The notes: generated from the letters alone by a model not told the origin. Shown: positions 26,378 to 40,798, numbered from the stretch's first letter. The stretch is DNA of 64,000 nucleotides from Eledone cirrhosa (GCA_964016885.1 OZ024740.1:437286001-437350000), one strand, 5' to 3'. Numbers and translations: made by a program.

Positions 26378-26608
26378 ACGTAAAACTAAAACTGAATACT
26401 AACTAATACTTATTACTAATTTATACTTATTCCTAATTAAACTATTTTTCACTGGGAAACATTTGTCACCATTTTCTCTTCCTCCTTACTAATATATATA
26501 TATATATGACATACTTATCTACATACATATACACACATTTTATATATATATATATACACACACACACTCTACATATATAGAGAGATATACCTACATTTTA
26601 TATATATA

Positions 26609-27200
26609 CTAGCATAAAGCCCGGCGTTGCTCGGGGTCAGTAAGTTACCAAAGTTAGGTTGCACCACCCATTTTATGGCAGCACCTTTTTGTCTGCCAGG
26701 CACTGGGTGAATGTTGCTTTTGAATAATTGTTGTTTGGTATGAAATGCAATAAGTTCTCTTCATTGTCATTGAAGTAAATAAATGTTTGACCGTTCCACG
26801 CTCAAAAACAAACGTTATCTCTCTCTCTTTCCTTTATTTATTTCTCTCTTCTTTCTTCCGAGTTCCTAAAGAAAGTTTGTAAGTTTAAGCGTATATAAGA
26901 GAAAGTTGCAGCATGTATGTAGTGTTATCGAATTTTAAGGGGAGTAGAGAGAGGGAAAATCAGATTGTATTAGAGGGGTAAAGCGTCATGTATTTAGTTT
27001 TATCGATTATTTCCGTAATTGCGGGTGAGTTGGAAACAAATAAATAGTCGGTGACGTAAGTTAGCCCATTTACAACATTCATACAGTCTTTGAGTCGAAT
27101 CGGTTTGAAATTGTGCAGATGTATAAACATGGAACATGCACACACACACACACACACACACACACAACAACAACAACACCAACAACTTACCTTTTATAGA
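26609..27200 (-). mobile_element. Non-autonomous Helitron, internally deleted copy
   Basis: Same TC...hairpin-CTAG termini as 18507-19464; inserted between A and T. Confidence 0.8.
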
Positions 27201-27202
27201 TA

Positions 27203-27382
27203 ATTGTTTCTACTTTAGGCACAAGGCCAGCAATTACCCAGTACATTACTGGTACTTTATTTTATCGACCCCGTAAGGATAAAAGGCAAAGTTAACCTCG
27301 GCGGGATTTGAACTCAGACTGTAAAGGGATGTAACTATGCTAGAAAGCATGGCGTCCAACCCTCTACCGATACTGCCAATTC
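27203..27382 (-). mobile_element. tRNA-derived SINE
   Basis: Reverse-complement homologue of 23988-24176. Confidence 0.85.
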
Positions 27383-27478
27383 ATAATGATATATATATAT
27401 ACAGACACCTATATATATATTTATATATAGACATACCTACATACATAGATACACTCATACACATTTTATATATATATA

Positions 27479-27845
27479 TCATCATCATCATCACTGTTTT
27501 ACGTCCGTTCTTCCATGCTAGCATGGGTTAGACGGGTTGTCCTGTTGTGGGCAGTGTCTGGTCGGCTGACCATGCCTTGCTCATACAGGAACTGATTTTG
27601 GCTTGATTTCTACAGCTGGATGCCCTTCCTAACACCAACCTCATTTACAGTGTCGGCTGTGTGCTTTTTTACCGTGGCACCTCCACGACCACCTTGCAGT
27701 GGGAGAGTGTGGGGGCATATTGTCTATATGCTTCACCTTGTACCCATGGGAGGTTGGGTACTCTGTATTACTGCGTGACGCCAGAGGTCACGGTCGTGTG
27801 TCATCGCCTTTGAGAGGTGTAATTGGGTAAGGTCGGCTTTTATCA
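27479..27845 (-). mobile_element. RTE-like LINE 3' end with long SINE-like 3' UTR, diverged
   Basis: Minus strand encodes IKADLTQLHLSKAMTHDRDLWRHAV, similar to the end of the 61510 ORF; AGGAAGGGCATCCAGCTGTAGAAA box; (GAT)n tail. Confidence 0.7.
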
Positions 27846-27880
27846 TATATATATATATATTTATTAAAATAACAGATTAA

Positions 27881-27930
27881 AGTTTAAGCAAAGAATCGTT
27901 GCTTTCACCCTTAACCGGATCTTCTGAAAC
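27881..27930 (-). ncRNA. HHR motif, U4A core; solo fragment of the 58432-59768 family
   Basis: Homologous to 59696-59746. Confidence 0.55.
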
Positions 27931-27944
27931 ATTATTATTATTAT

Positions 27945-27986
<42 letters not shown>

Positions 27987-27990
<4 letters not shown>

Positions 27991-28291
27991 AAAAAAACAT
28001 GAAATCGAAAATGCAACTGGAGTCTTATTTTTTAAAAATATATATATTTATTTGGTTCCTTTATCGGTTTCGCAGTTCTTCTGCTTTTCAAAACCACAGA
28101 CCCTCCATCTCAACTCTACTTTTGAAAAGTAGAAGAACTGCGAAACCGATAAAGGAACCAAATAAATATATATATATTTTTTTAAATAAGACTCCAGTTG
28201 CATTTTCGATTTCATCTTTTTTTCTTTATACTTTCACTCGTGTAGGCTACCTCGGTTATTTTTCATTTTGTAAAAAAACCTCACTTTCTAA
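27987..28291 (+). mobile_element. Miniature palindromic PLE-type insert with U3-A8 HHR motifs (28059-28093 -, 28119-28154 +)
   Basis: Sister of 25904-26236 in opposite orientation. Confidence 0.8.
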
Positions 28292-28294
28292 TAT

Positions 28295-28892
28295 ATATAT
28301 ATATAGTTCCTGTCTGTTTGTTTGTTCACGAACTCCTCCTATGGTTTTGGAGATAGACCCCCATAACCATATATATTCGGAAACTACATTGCCCAGTGTA
28401 CTTGGATAAGTATATTACATTTTAATCAAAGGGTTCGCCGAAGGCACAAACCACCGCTGAAAATGTTTTCCCTTCGATTTATATGAAATTTAAACCATAG
28501 GTAAATGATAAGATATGATGCCTATTCACAAAATCTCAGCAAATTTCAATAATATTAAGACACCCTAATGGGGGTTAAACCCCCTATAGTGAACATTTTG
28601 GAAGCCCAAATGAAATAATGCTTTACACAAAAATGAAATGATCAAGTTTTGAATTGATATTTTGAAAAAGATTATTTACAAGAAACAAAATAAGAATAAG
28701 ATTTAATAATGTAATTTTGATTTGATATATTACAAAAAATGTTTTCCAATATTTCATGCATTACATTTTACATTGAGTAATATTGAAATGCAGAGTTTTT
28801 CTCTATAAATTATATCAATAATTTAAAATCAATCATTTTCTTACAAAAAAAAAAAAAAATGTGTGAAACGCAGCAACGTGCGGGTAATTCGG

Positions 28893-28896
<4 letters not shown>
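28295..28896 (+). mobile_element. Probable non-autonomous Helitron (second family)
   Basis: GTCT/GTTT repeat near the 5' end; 3' hairpin CGCAGCAACGTGCG followed by CTAA|T; 5' boundary blurred by a TA run. Confidence 0.55.
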
Positions 28897-28966
<70 letters not shown>

Positions 28967-29135
28967 AATATATATATATATATATACATAAATATATATA
29001 TATATATATACATAAATATATATATATATATGCATAAATATATATACATAAATATATATATATATACATAAATATATATACATAAATATATATATATATA
29101 CATAAATATATATACATAAATATATATATATATAC

Positions 29136-29170
<35 letters not shown>

Positions 29171-29219
29171 AATATATATATATATATATATACATAAATA
29201 TATATATATATATATATAC

Positions 29220-29284
<65 letters not shown>

Positions 29285-29426
29285 ATACACATCTACATAT
29301 ATATATTTCGTTTCTGAATTTGGCAACATGACCCTCCCAAAGTATAACAATATATATATATATACATACCTACATACATACATATACACACATTATATAT
29401 ATAATTATACGTAAATAAATATATAT

Positions 29427-29582
29427 GACGGTTTTCCGCAGTTTTCGGGATTCCACAGAGATGTTGGTCAGCCCTGGGCTATAGTAGAAGTTACTTGCCC
29501 AGGGCACCTCGCTGTGGGACTTTAACCCAGAAACACGTGGTTGCAAGGCAAACTCATTAACCACACAGCTATATCTGTGCCT
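29427..29582 (-). mobile_element. tRNA-derived CORE-type SINE 5' fragment
   Basis: Minus strand TAGCTGTGTGGTTAA..GGGTTAAAGTCCCA..CCTGGGCAAGT; related remnant at about 30470-30548. Confidence 0.65.
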
Positions 29583-29715
29583 CCCTTGTTGAGTTTATTC
29601 ATTGGTGGGTTGCAAATGACAATTTGAGGTGCCACTTGATATATATACATCCACACAGATATATATACATATGCACACACAAATGATATATATATATAGA
29701 TATATAGATATATAT

Positions 29716-30198
29716 GACGAAGAAGGGTTTCTCCCTGCGGACGAAAGGCCGGTTATATGATGCCTGTGTGAGGAGCGGATTCTGCATGGTAGTGAGACAT
29801 GGGCAGCAACTGAAGAGGATATGCGACGGCTGGACAGAAATGAGGCAAGCATGCTCCGTTGGATGTGCAATGTCAATGTGTGTGAACGACCCAGCATGGA
29901 TGTGTTGAGAGAGAAACTGTGTCTGAAAGGGATAGAGTGTAGTGTGCGGGAGAGGAGACTAAGGTGGTATGGACATGTGATGCGCATGGAGGATGACCGA
30001 TCGGTGAAGAAGTGCCAAGTTGAAGGAAGACGTGGTAGAGGTAGACCACGAAAAACATGGGCGGAGGTGGTAAGAACAGACCTCAGATCGCTGAAGCTCA
30101 CAGTGGAAATGACGAAGGGCCGTGAGAGATGCTGTGCTGAATAAGACCCGTCCTACCCTTGCAAGCAGCGAAAAGCGGACGTAAAATGATGATGATGA
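29716..30198 (+). mobile_element. RTE-clade LINE 3' fragment
   Basis: [31 protein letters not shown]; frameshifted; (GAT)n tail. Confidence 0.88.
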
Positions 30199-30619
30199 TA
30201 CACACACATACACACATGCATGCACGTAAAAAATTCGTTCACAAAAACCTCAGATTATCGATTAAAATATATCCAAATTTTTCTATGAAATACCAGGTAC
30301 CGTTCAGGTTCACACCCTTTCACTTTTTGTATACCTAAAGCGAAACATTTACTTAGTGGGTATCTTTATCACGAAAGATTAAGTAATTGACTTTATCACA
30401 TCGTTAATAGTATTTTTTTTTATCGAACCTATTGGGAGATTTTGGCCTTTTCTCTCTACCAAACTCTACACTTGACCTTACTGTGAAGTGGGATGAAACC
30501 CGGGACCACGTAACTAAGCAGTGAGATCCTTAACCACACAGCCATGCTTACACTTAACGTACTTCTGCGTGGGGATGAACAAATAATGTTTAAATGCCAG
30601 TATGTGTGTGTGTATATAT

Positions 30620-30702
<83 letters not shown>

Positions 30703-31323
30703 GTGTGTGTGTGTGTGTCAAAAGAGAATAAATAAAATAACCTCCTCTACTAAATTAACAGCCAGCTTTATATAGTGAATGATATAAATAGTGTACTGAA
30801 TGCGTGAAAGGAACACTCCGTGGGTGGTCTCTATTCTGTTTATTTACCTTGTTATTCAATGTTAGGTGGGAGCCTCATAGAAGCCTGTTTTTCTTTCACT
30901 CACCACATGATATTACAACATAAAATAAATTCTACTGATGACAACACAGCACAGCGCAGCTATTACTTTAAGACAGTTTACTTACACATGTAATATTGCA
31001 TCAGCGCATAACATAAACTGTAATTTTTATATTTACAATATAGAATAGCTAGAATAAACATATCTGAAATCTTTTGTTCTTAATGTTTATAGTTGTATGG
31101 TAGGCACCCACCACGCCCTTATTTCTAGCCTACGAGGGTTATTAAAACTTCCATTCATTGTAACCCCTAATAAAGGTAAAGGGGACAACATTAACACACT
31201 ATTCTGAGTGTAAACAAAAGTGCACAATGTATAAATGTATTCAGATATACACACACGGATATATACAGACAACTATACGTGCGTGTGTGTGTATATAAAT
31301 TTGTTCACACATACACAAGGATA

Positions 31324-31637
31324 CAGTTGTCTCCCGGTATTTGCGGAGGTTACATTCCTGGAGCACCCGCGAAGAGTGAATAACCGCGATTATTGGATGT
31401 GGTCCATAAAAATGCCTACAAACGTCAAAATATAACGTAAAATATAGGCCGGCAAATAAGGTATATTGTTATTAAAAATCGTGAAAAAATATATATTGGC
31501 ACGAAAAAAGCCATAAAAATATCGCGGAAGATATTTACGATTCCGCGAATATGCGGTGATTTCCATGAACAATTATTAGTTAGGTTCGAAGGAAAATTCC
31601 GCGAATAACCGGGACCGCGAATGCCGAGGGTACACTG
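31324..31637. mobile_element. Tc1/mariner (Tigger/pogo-like) MITE
   Basis: TA|CAGTTGTCTCCCGGTATTTGCGG ... CCGCGAATGCCGAGGGTACACTG|TA. Confidence 0.72.
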
Positions 31638-31949
31638 TATATACATGCGTGTGTATATAAATGTATTCACATATATATATATGTGTGTGTGTGATTTCGA
31701 TAAAATTAATAGAAGTAACACTACAGCTGTAATAACGAGATAGTTAACGGGTGGAGCATCTTTGATGATAGGTGTGGTTGGTTGTATGACAACAGAATCG
31801 TCTACATTTTATATTGTGTTTAGAACTCAAACACACGTACAAAGCAGGATAGATATGGAAATGTTTGGGTGTGTGTGAAATATAATTTTTTTTTTTTTTT
31901 TTGGCGGGGGGGTCTGGCCAAGCATAAGTTTCTCGGTAGTAATAGTACA

Positions 31950-33556
31950 ATTGTATCTGAAAGATCTTCATACGTAACCAATTACTGCTACACGTGCGAC
32001 TCTAAACAGCGCACTAAATTATTTTGTGCGTGCACTGCTTTTCAATGATGCAACCAATCGAAACTGACACGTACACACACCCCTACCGACATCTTCATGG
32101 AGTTACTTGCCCCTGGCTACCTAACTGCGCATGTGCAGTTATGTGTTTACATATAAAGTGAAAGTGTTTTAAGTTCAGCAGCATGTGAGGGAGGGGGGGG
32201 GGGCAGAGAAAAAGAGAAAGTGTGTGTGACTGAGAGAAAGAGAGAGGAAAAGAGAAAGTGTGTGTGACTGAGAGAAAGAGAGAGGGTGAAAGACATTACA
32301 TATCAGCAGAAAAGAGAGCGAAACTTAAAAATTACTTTCTTCCGCCTTAATTCCCTCTCTGTATCCATATGAGATACGCCTTCTAGAGAGGAAAGTATCC
32401 CGCCTCTTGAGTGACCACTCACTGCACCATGGCTACTAAAGATGGAGCAGCCACCTACCACTGCTTCCATCAAGGGACAGGAGAAGGAAGAGTAGCCGGC
32501 ATGTACTATCAATGGCAGTGGACAGCGTGACTTGGTTGGCAGGAGATAAAATAATATTAAATATAAAAATATTTGTTTAAAAAAATATATATATATATTT
32601 GACTTTATTATTAGTGAATACGGGCTTGTTTCTTTCTCCTTCTTTCTCTTTGGCTAAAAATACAGTTACTCTAACCGAACTAAAACGGCTAGAAACCGTA
32701 CCCAAATCACGCGTCTGACTCAGTGTGCGAAAGGTCGCCTCCCCAGGGAACATCCCCCAGGGGTGCTGTTAGCTCCAATTGCAATTCAATATTCATCTGG
32801 TGACGTAGCCTGCTTCCTTCTCTCTCTTTCTCCCCTCATACTAACACACACGCTGGCTTTCTTCAGCAAGCTATACGTGTTCTGTTTAGGCTAACATCTC
32901 TCATGGATGCTCGCTTTCTTTCTCTCAGAATCGCCGTCGTCATTGCTTCAGTCACTATTGCAGACTGAATATCAAACAACCATAGCCGAACATCGCGGTC
33001 AGCAAATAACCAACAACTTTATAATATATTACAAAAGCTTTTAACATCATTATTACAAAACATTATTTAGCATCTTATCAGCTACGATATTAACAATTGT
33101 ATGACAACCACCACCACTACTATTATTATCTAATATAATCGCCATATATCTGTTTATTTTCTTTATTTTTCCTGTTTCCTTTCAACATCTTCCAACAATC
33201 CGTCTTTCTCAATCCGGACCACTCGCCATCAACCACTCTAAATTAATTATTCCGCTACTGTAACTCGCTGAAGCCTTATACGGTTCATTATAAAAACTGC
33301 AATTAAAATTTCTCCCAATGATAATTAATACACACACACACATTCTCTCAATCTGAAAGTTTTACTATAAACTACTGTAAGCAACTTAGCTTTTGTTGTT
33401 GTCTGTATATAGTGAGTGCTCGTTAAACTGTAATGAGTGAAGAGAAGAAATTCTGTTGATAAAGCACCCGTTTACTTCAGACGGGTATTCCTAATTTATT
33501 TCGAATTACATTTGGCGAACACAAGTGTTTCGTTTGACACCTGGACGAGTATTTTT
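31950..33556 (+). promoter_or_regulatory. Putative promoter and non-coding first exon of the downstream zinc-finger gene
   Basis: TE-free unique stretch; CCAAT 32054, TGCGCATGTGCA 32126, TGACTCA 32716, TCCCCAGGGA 32740, TGACGT 32801; candidate donor GTAAGT at 33557; short motifs only. Confidence 0.4.
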
Positions 33557-35787
33557 GTAAGTAATCTCAGGAAATCATTCGTTAAAACTGATTTCCGATA
33601 AATATATATGTAGGGTGAAAAGATAATCACAACATATTTAATAATCGTGATTTACAGACATGTAGCTTTCAAGGGATCTTCTCTAGTATTTATTTCAATG
33701 AAATTTCTCCACATTTTTAAATGTTACCCACGGAACTTTAAATTTCATTGAAAACAAACATTCTAAAAATGTTATTAAAATAGCGATATCTATTATTTCT
33801 TACAATATAGTTTAAGAAAATATTGTAAGTAAAAGGAAATGCCTTATTTAAAACATTCTTCGATAAATTGGTATTTGACAAAGAAATGTCACTCGGGCCC
33901 TTATACATAACAACAGCATCTTTGTTACTGCAATCTCAGCAGATATCGTTCAGAGGATTTGGTATCTAATTTATAAATACATATCTTTCTAAAAAAAAAA
34001 ATAACAAGAAAACTTTAGAAATAATCTACACCATTTAAATTTCTTTAAAAAAAAAAAATAATAATAATAATCAAATAAGAAAGAGTTAAATTTCAACTAG
34101 TACATATTTAATAATTAACCGTTATGACAATCAAAATGGTTTACTAATTAATTCTTTGTTTTAAGCTTCTGGCGAATGTGCAGTAAAATGAAAACGTATG
34201 TTAAACAAAGTAGAGTCTGCAATCCATTAGAAAGACTGTGAGGTCCTCTCAAACTATATATATATAACTTGGGGTGTACCAGCACCGACTAGCAGTACTA
34301 TCATTATTGATCTGTGGGGCAGGAGGGGCTCTGGCTCCTTACACTGGAACACAACCTGCAAAGACATAAAAGGATATATAATATATATATATATATGATA
34401 TATATATATATATAGTTGGTATGTACGACAGTAATGTAGAGAGAAACTTACTGAATATAAGATCAGCTTCTCGTGTGTATCTTCCTCCATTAACTTCCTG
34501 CTGTTAATTGTTTTGGTTATCTGTTATTGCTATTGAAGACTTGAGAGTATTTAGTGTATGTAGAAGCATGAAGAAAACAACAACAGCAGCAACAGTCTGG
34601 TGAGGGACAGATGTGGTAGTGGCGACTGATATCAGGGCTTTCACTCAACACAGATTCTAGTTAAACGACGGTGCTACCTTTATCTTCTATTATATACTGC
34701 TTCTAGTGTAGTGTGCTAGAAAAATCAATGAATCCGGCGGCGGCACCTATGTAAGTACCCTGTCGATTCTTTTCAGTCGGCCCAAGTTTAGTAGCGACTT
34801 GAGACTTTCCATCGCTCCAATATTGTGTATATATGATATAAAGAGAGACAGGGATGGAGTGATATTGACAGAGTAAGAGGGTAAAGGGTAGAATGATAAT
34901 GAACATCGGTTACAAGAGTGCCAGGAATAAAATATTAAATGAAACCGGCACCCACATCCCACCTCTTTTATAGATACTACCTTTTCTTCATTTCATCTTT
35001 CTATCCCCTTCCCCGTTCTCACTAACATTTAAACATTGTTTATTTTGATATTTTGTTGTTGTTTTTTGTCATCTTTTTCTTAATTTCTGTTTTTTTCCCT
35101 ATGAAACTCTTCGTCTATTTAATTTTTATCTTTCCTCACCTGAATCCCATATTTTGTTGATTTATAGTGGCCTTCATCGTGGTGGTTGTTATCATTACAT
35201 TTTTACAGCATAATGTGTATATTTTAGGGTCGGTGTCTGTAGGTAGTTGGCCTTAAACTTCCTGATGGTAGTGGTTGTGCTGGGTTACTTGGTGCTGTGT
35301 TGTCGCTGTCGCCCTCCTGCCTGGAGTTATTGCAGCAGGGCTCCGGGCTTCGTCACAACAACCAAAGAGATGGAGGGAGGATTAAAGCAGCCGAGAGCGT
35401 GGAACAGAGATGATATACGTAGCGGCCGCTCAACATTGTGTTGTTCGCACTGACAGAGGTAGAAACTCACAGACATACACACACACATATATATATATAT
35501 ATATACATACATACACAGATATATATATACATACATACATACATATGCTTTCCTGCATGCAGAGATATTCTACGTAGAGATACACACACACACACAGCAA
35601 GTGAGACCGAGAGGAAGAGTAAGCTTAATGCGACCTAAAGCGTGAGAGAAAGAAACAGCCATTGTAAAAGAGAGGGGTAAAGAAAGTGAGGAAGTGGCTA
35701 GGAGAGACAGCTTCTCCCCGTATCCCACCGGCAGTGGTGGGGGTGGAGAGTGGTACCACTCCACCTTGCTCCAGCCCAGCTCCAAGT

Positions 35788-35827
35788 ATGTCGAGAAGAA
35801 AGCAGGCGCGACCACGCTCATGCAAAC
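35788..35827 (+). CDS. First coding exon of a NuRD-recruiting C2H2 zinc-finger transcription factor (best resemblance ZNF423/ZNF521/Oaz)
   Basis: ATG-SRRKQARPRSCK followed by a phase-1 GTAAGT donor at 35828; candidate acceptor TTTCCTGCATGCAG ending at 35562; MSRRKQxxP is the FOG/SALL/BCL11/ZNF423/521 NuRD motif. Confidence 0.8.
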
Positions 35828-35917
35828 GTAAGTTCCTACTTACTATTTCATATCCTTATTGTTTTTCCGAAAAGAGAAAATATATCATTTCCCTCATCAA
35901 TATTACTTTCCTGTGAT

Positions 35918-35951
<34 letters not shown>

Positions 35952-36002
35952 CATATATAAACCTGTATGTATATATATAACAGGTCCCACCGGGAATGAT
36001 TG

Positions 36003-36039
<37 letters not shown>

Positions 36040-36637
36040 GTTTCTACTTTTTGGCACAAGGCCAGCAAATACCCAGTGCATTACTGGTACTTTATTTTAT
36101 CGACCCCGTAAGGATGAAAGGCAAAGTTAACCTCGGATAGTGTGTGTGAATAATGTGCATATAGATTTGTATATATATATGTATAGTGTGTGTGAGTGTA
36201 TATATGTATAGTCTGTATATAACTGTAGTGTACGTGTGTGTATATATATATATATATATGTGTGTGTGAATAATGTGCATATATATTTGTGCGTGTATAT
36301 ATATATATATGTGTGTGTGAATAATGTGCATATATATTTGTGCGTGTATATATATATATGTGTGTGTGTTGTGTATCTATGTATAATGTGTGTGTGTATC
36401 TATATATTGTGTGTGTATCTATGTATAATGTGTGTATCTATGTATAGTGTGTGTGTGTGAATCTATGTATAGTGTGTGTGTGTGAATCTATGTATAGTGT
36501 GTGTGTGTGTATTTATGTATAATGTGTGTGTGTGTATATATTTAGTTGATCTAAACACGGACGAACATAGCTACGTCCGTTTTCCCATATTGACATTACT
36601 TGAACGGATTTATGTGTGCTTGTCGACCTATAGGTGA

Positions 36638-36685
<48 letters not shown>

Positions 36686-37565
36686 ATATTATATTATAGT
36701 ATATTATATGTGTATTTGTATATATATATATGTATGTGTGAGTATATATGTATGTATGTGTGTGTAAGTATATATGTATGTATGTGTGTGTAAGTATATA
36801 TATATGTATGTGTGAGTATATATGTATGTGTGTGTAAGTATATATGTATGTATGTGTGTGTAAGTATATATGTATGTATGTGTGAGTATATATATGTATG
36901 TGTGAGTGTATGTATATATATATATATATATATATACACATGCACATGTATACGTCGTTTATGTATTGTATATAGGTATAAATGTGTGTACTTATTTGCA
37001 CGGTTATCAAGAAATATATAAATATATATATATAATTAGAAGTAAATTCTTGTTTTAGAAAAGCCCCCACCATATCCTTATTATTAACAAGGGCACTTGG
37101 GCTGAGGATATTGTGTTAAAACTTCTAATCCAGCCCATGCCACCATGGAAAGTGCTCGTAAAAGTGATTATATATATGTATCGACATATTGATAGTGATG
37201 ATAAAGATATATCGACATCATTTCATGTCTAGCTTATCCATGGGATAAACAGGACTTTAGTCATTTACTACCTGATGGTCTTCCTGCTAACTCACCTTTT
37301 TGTCGCTTCTTAGCAAGCTCATCGATAATTATCTGTACTTGCAAACCCCAGCTACATGCGTGTATATATATATACACACACACATACATATGTGCGTGTG
37401 TGTATATATGCTTGTATATAGCGTGTGTAAGGAATGATCTTTAAGCTAATTTTTCCATCTGTATATTTGATTATGTTTATATACGTATCGATACATATTC
37501 ACACACATGTATGTAGGTGGATGTATACATGTACATATGTTTGTGTATATGTATGTATAAGTGAG

Positions 37566-37633
<68 letters not shown>

Positions 37634-37637
<4 letters not shown>

Positions 37638-37734
37638 GTTGTCCCCCAAAAATGTATACATACGTCAACAGCATTCTAATACGTATTGCCTGTACAGGTA
37701 ATTAGTGTGTATGCATTTTAGTGGACACCTCCTG
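37634..37734. mobile_element. Small degenerate Tc1/mariner-like MITE; related end at about 22408-22490
   Basis: GGGTTGTCCC...GGACACCTCCTG termini; shared CAACAGCATTCTAAT..TATTGCCTGTACAGGTAAT. Confidence 0.45.
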
Positions 37735-38359
37735 TGCGTGTATTTATATATATCATCACCCTGATTTTACGTCCGCTTTTCCCTACGTGCAATATATATT
37801 ATAGGTATGTCTGTCTATATATATATATATATAGGTATGTATATGTAGATAGGTAAGGTATGTATATATATATAGGTATGTATATATATATCATCATCAT
37901 ATATGTATATTTATGTGTATATATATGTGAATATATATATGTATATATATATGTGTATATATATATGTGTATATATATGTGTATATATATATGTGTATAT
38001 ATGTGTGTATATATGTATATAAATGTGTATATATATATGTGTATATATATGTATATATATATATGTGTATATATACGTGTGTATATATCTGTGTATATAT
38101 ATGTGTATATATATATATGTATTTATGTGTATAAATGTGTATATATATGTGTATATATATATGTGTATATATATATGTATATATGTATATATATATGTTT
38201 ATATATATATATATGTGTATATATATATGTATATGTATATATATATGTGTATATGTATATATATATGTGTATATATATATATATGTATATATGTATATAT
38301 ATGTATATATATATATATGTATATATATATATGTATATATATATATATGTATATATATG

Positions 38360-38392
<33 letters not shown>

Positions 38393-38499
38393 GTATATAT
38401 ATATATATGTATATATATATGTATGTATATATATATGTATATATATATGTATATATATATATATGTATATATATATGTATGTGTATATATATATATGTG

Positions 38500-38569
<70 letters not shown>

Positions 38570-39017
38570 TATATGTATGTATATATGTATGTATATATGT
38601 AAGTATATATGTATGTATGTATATATGTATGTATATATATATGTATGTATATATATATGTATGTATATATATGTATATATATATATGTATGTATATATGT
38701 ATGTATATATATATGTATATATATATGTATGTATATATATATGTATATATATATGTATGTATATATATATGTATGTATATATATATGTATGTATATATGT
38801 ATGTATATATATATGTATGTATATATATATGTATGTATATATATATATGTATGTATATATGTATGTATATATATATGTATGTATATATATATATATGTAT
38901 ATATATGTATATATATATATATGTGTATATATATATACGTATATATGTGTATATATATATATATGTATATATGTATATATATATATATGTATATGTATAT
39001 ATATATATATGTATATG

Positions 39018-39067
<50 letters not shown>

Positions 39068-39103
39068 TATATGTATATGTATATATATATATATGTATAT
39101 ATG

Positions 39104-39182
<79 letters not shown>

Positions 39183-39197
39183 GTATATATATATATG

Positions 39198-39252
<55 letters not shown>

Positions 39253-39892
39253 GTATATATATATGTATATGTATATATATATGTATATATATATATATAT
39301 GTATATATATATGTATATGTATATATATATGTATATATATATGTATATATATATGTATATGTATATATATATGTATATATATATGTATATGTATATATAT
39401 ATGTATATATATATGTATATGTATATATATATGTATATATATATGTATATATATATGTATATATATATGTATATATATATATATATGTATATATATATGT
39501 ATATATATATGTATATATGTATATATATATGTATATATGTATATATATATGTATAATATATATGTATATATATGTGTATATATATGTATATATATATATA
39601 TATGTATATATATGTATATATATGTATATATATATATGTATATATATATGTATATATATGTATATATATGTATATATATATATGTATATATATGTATATA
39701 TATATGTATATATATATATGTATATATATATATGTATATGTATATGTATATATATATATATGGATATGTATATATATGTATATGTATATGTATATATGTA
39801 TATGTATATATATATATGTGTATATATATATGTATATATATATATGTATATATATATATGTATATATATATATGTATATATATATATGTATA

Positions 39893-40175
39893 GTTATGTT
39901 GGTGCCGCGCCATCCAGGCCGAAACAAATGAGATCGTGTAGGTGTCACGACAAAAAAACACACAGTCCACGCTGTAATGTGGCCGTGTAGGCAACACGGT
40001 AAAAACCTCCCAGACCCACACTGTAAATGTGGTTGGTGTTAGGAAGGGCATCCAACTGTAGAAAACCTGCCAGACAGTCCTATGCGAGCAAGACAATCAC
40101 TCTTGCCTCAAGTGGGAAAACCCCCGTCCAAACCCATGCAAGCGTGGAACACGGACGTTAAACGTTGATGATGAT
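39893..40175 (+). mobile_element. 3' end of the RTE family with long 3' UTR
   Basis: Matches 61615-61908; identical copy at 41817-42099; shorter copy at 45780-45976 (-). Confidence 0.85.
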
Positions 40176-40182
40176 ATATATG

Positions 40183-40271
<89 letters not shown>

Positions 40272-40284
40272 GTATATATATATG

Positions 40285-40319
<35 letters not shown>

Positions 40320-40412
40320 GTATATATATATGTATATATATATATGTATATATATATATGTATATATATATATGTATATATATATGTATATATATATATG
40401 TATATATATATG

Positions 40413-40469
<57 letters not shown>

Positions 40470-40564
40470 GTATATATATGTATATATATATATGTATGTA
40501 TATATATGTATATATATATATGTATATATATATATGTATATATATATATGTATATATATATATG

Positions 40565-40616
<52 letters not shown>

Positions 40617-40646
40617 CATATATATATACATATATATATATATGCA

Positions 40647-40680
<34 letters not shown>

Positions 40681-40695
40681 CATATATATATATAC

Positions 40696-40742
<47 letters not shown>

Positions 40743-40751
40743 TATATATAC

Positions 40752-40798
<47 letters not shown>

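Noticed and set aside
30935-30945. Isolated CTGATGA (also CTGAGGA near 17655 and 43052)
   Set aside because: No flanking helices or GAAA box; expected by chance
35686-35916. 76-aa ORF taken as a whole protein
   Set aside because: Only the internal ATG-initiated 13 codons up to the GTAAGT donor are meaningful; the rest is UTR or intron
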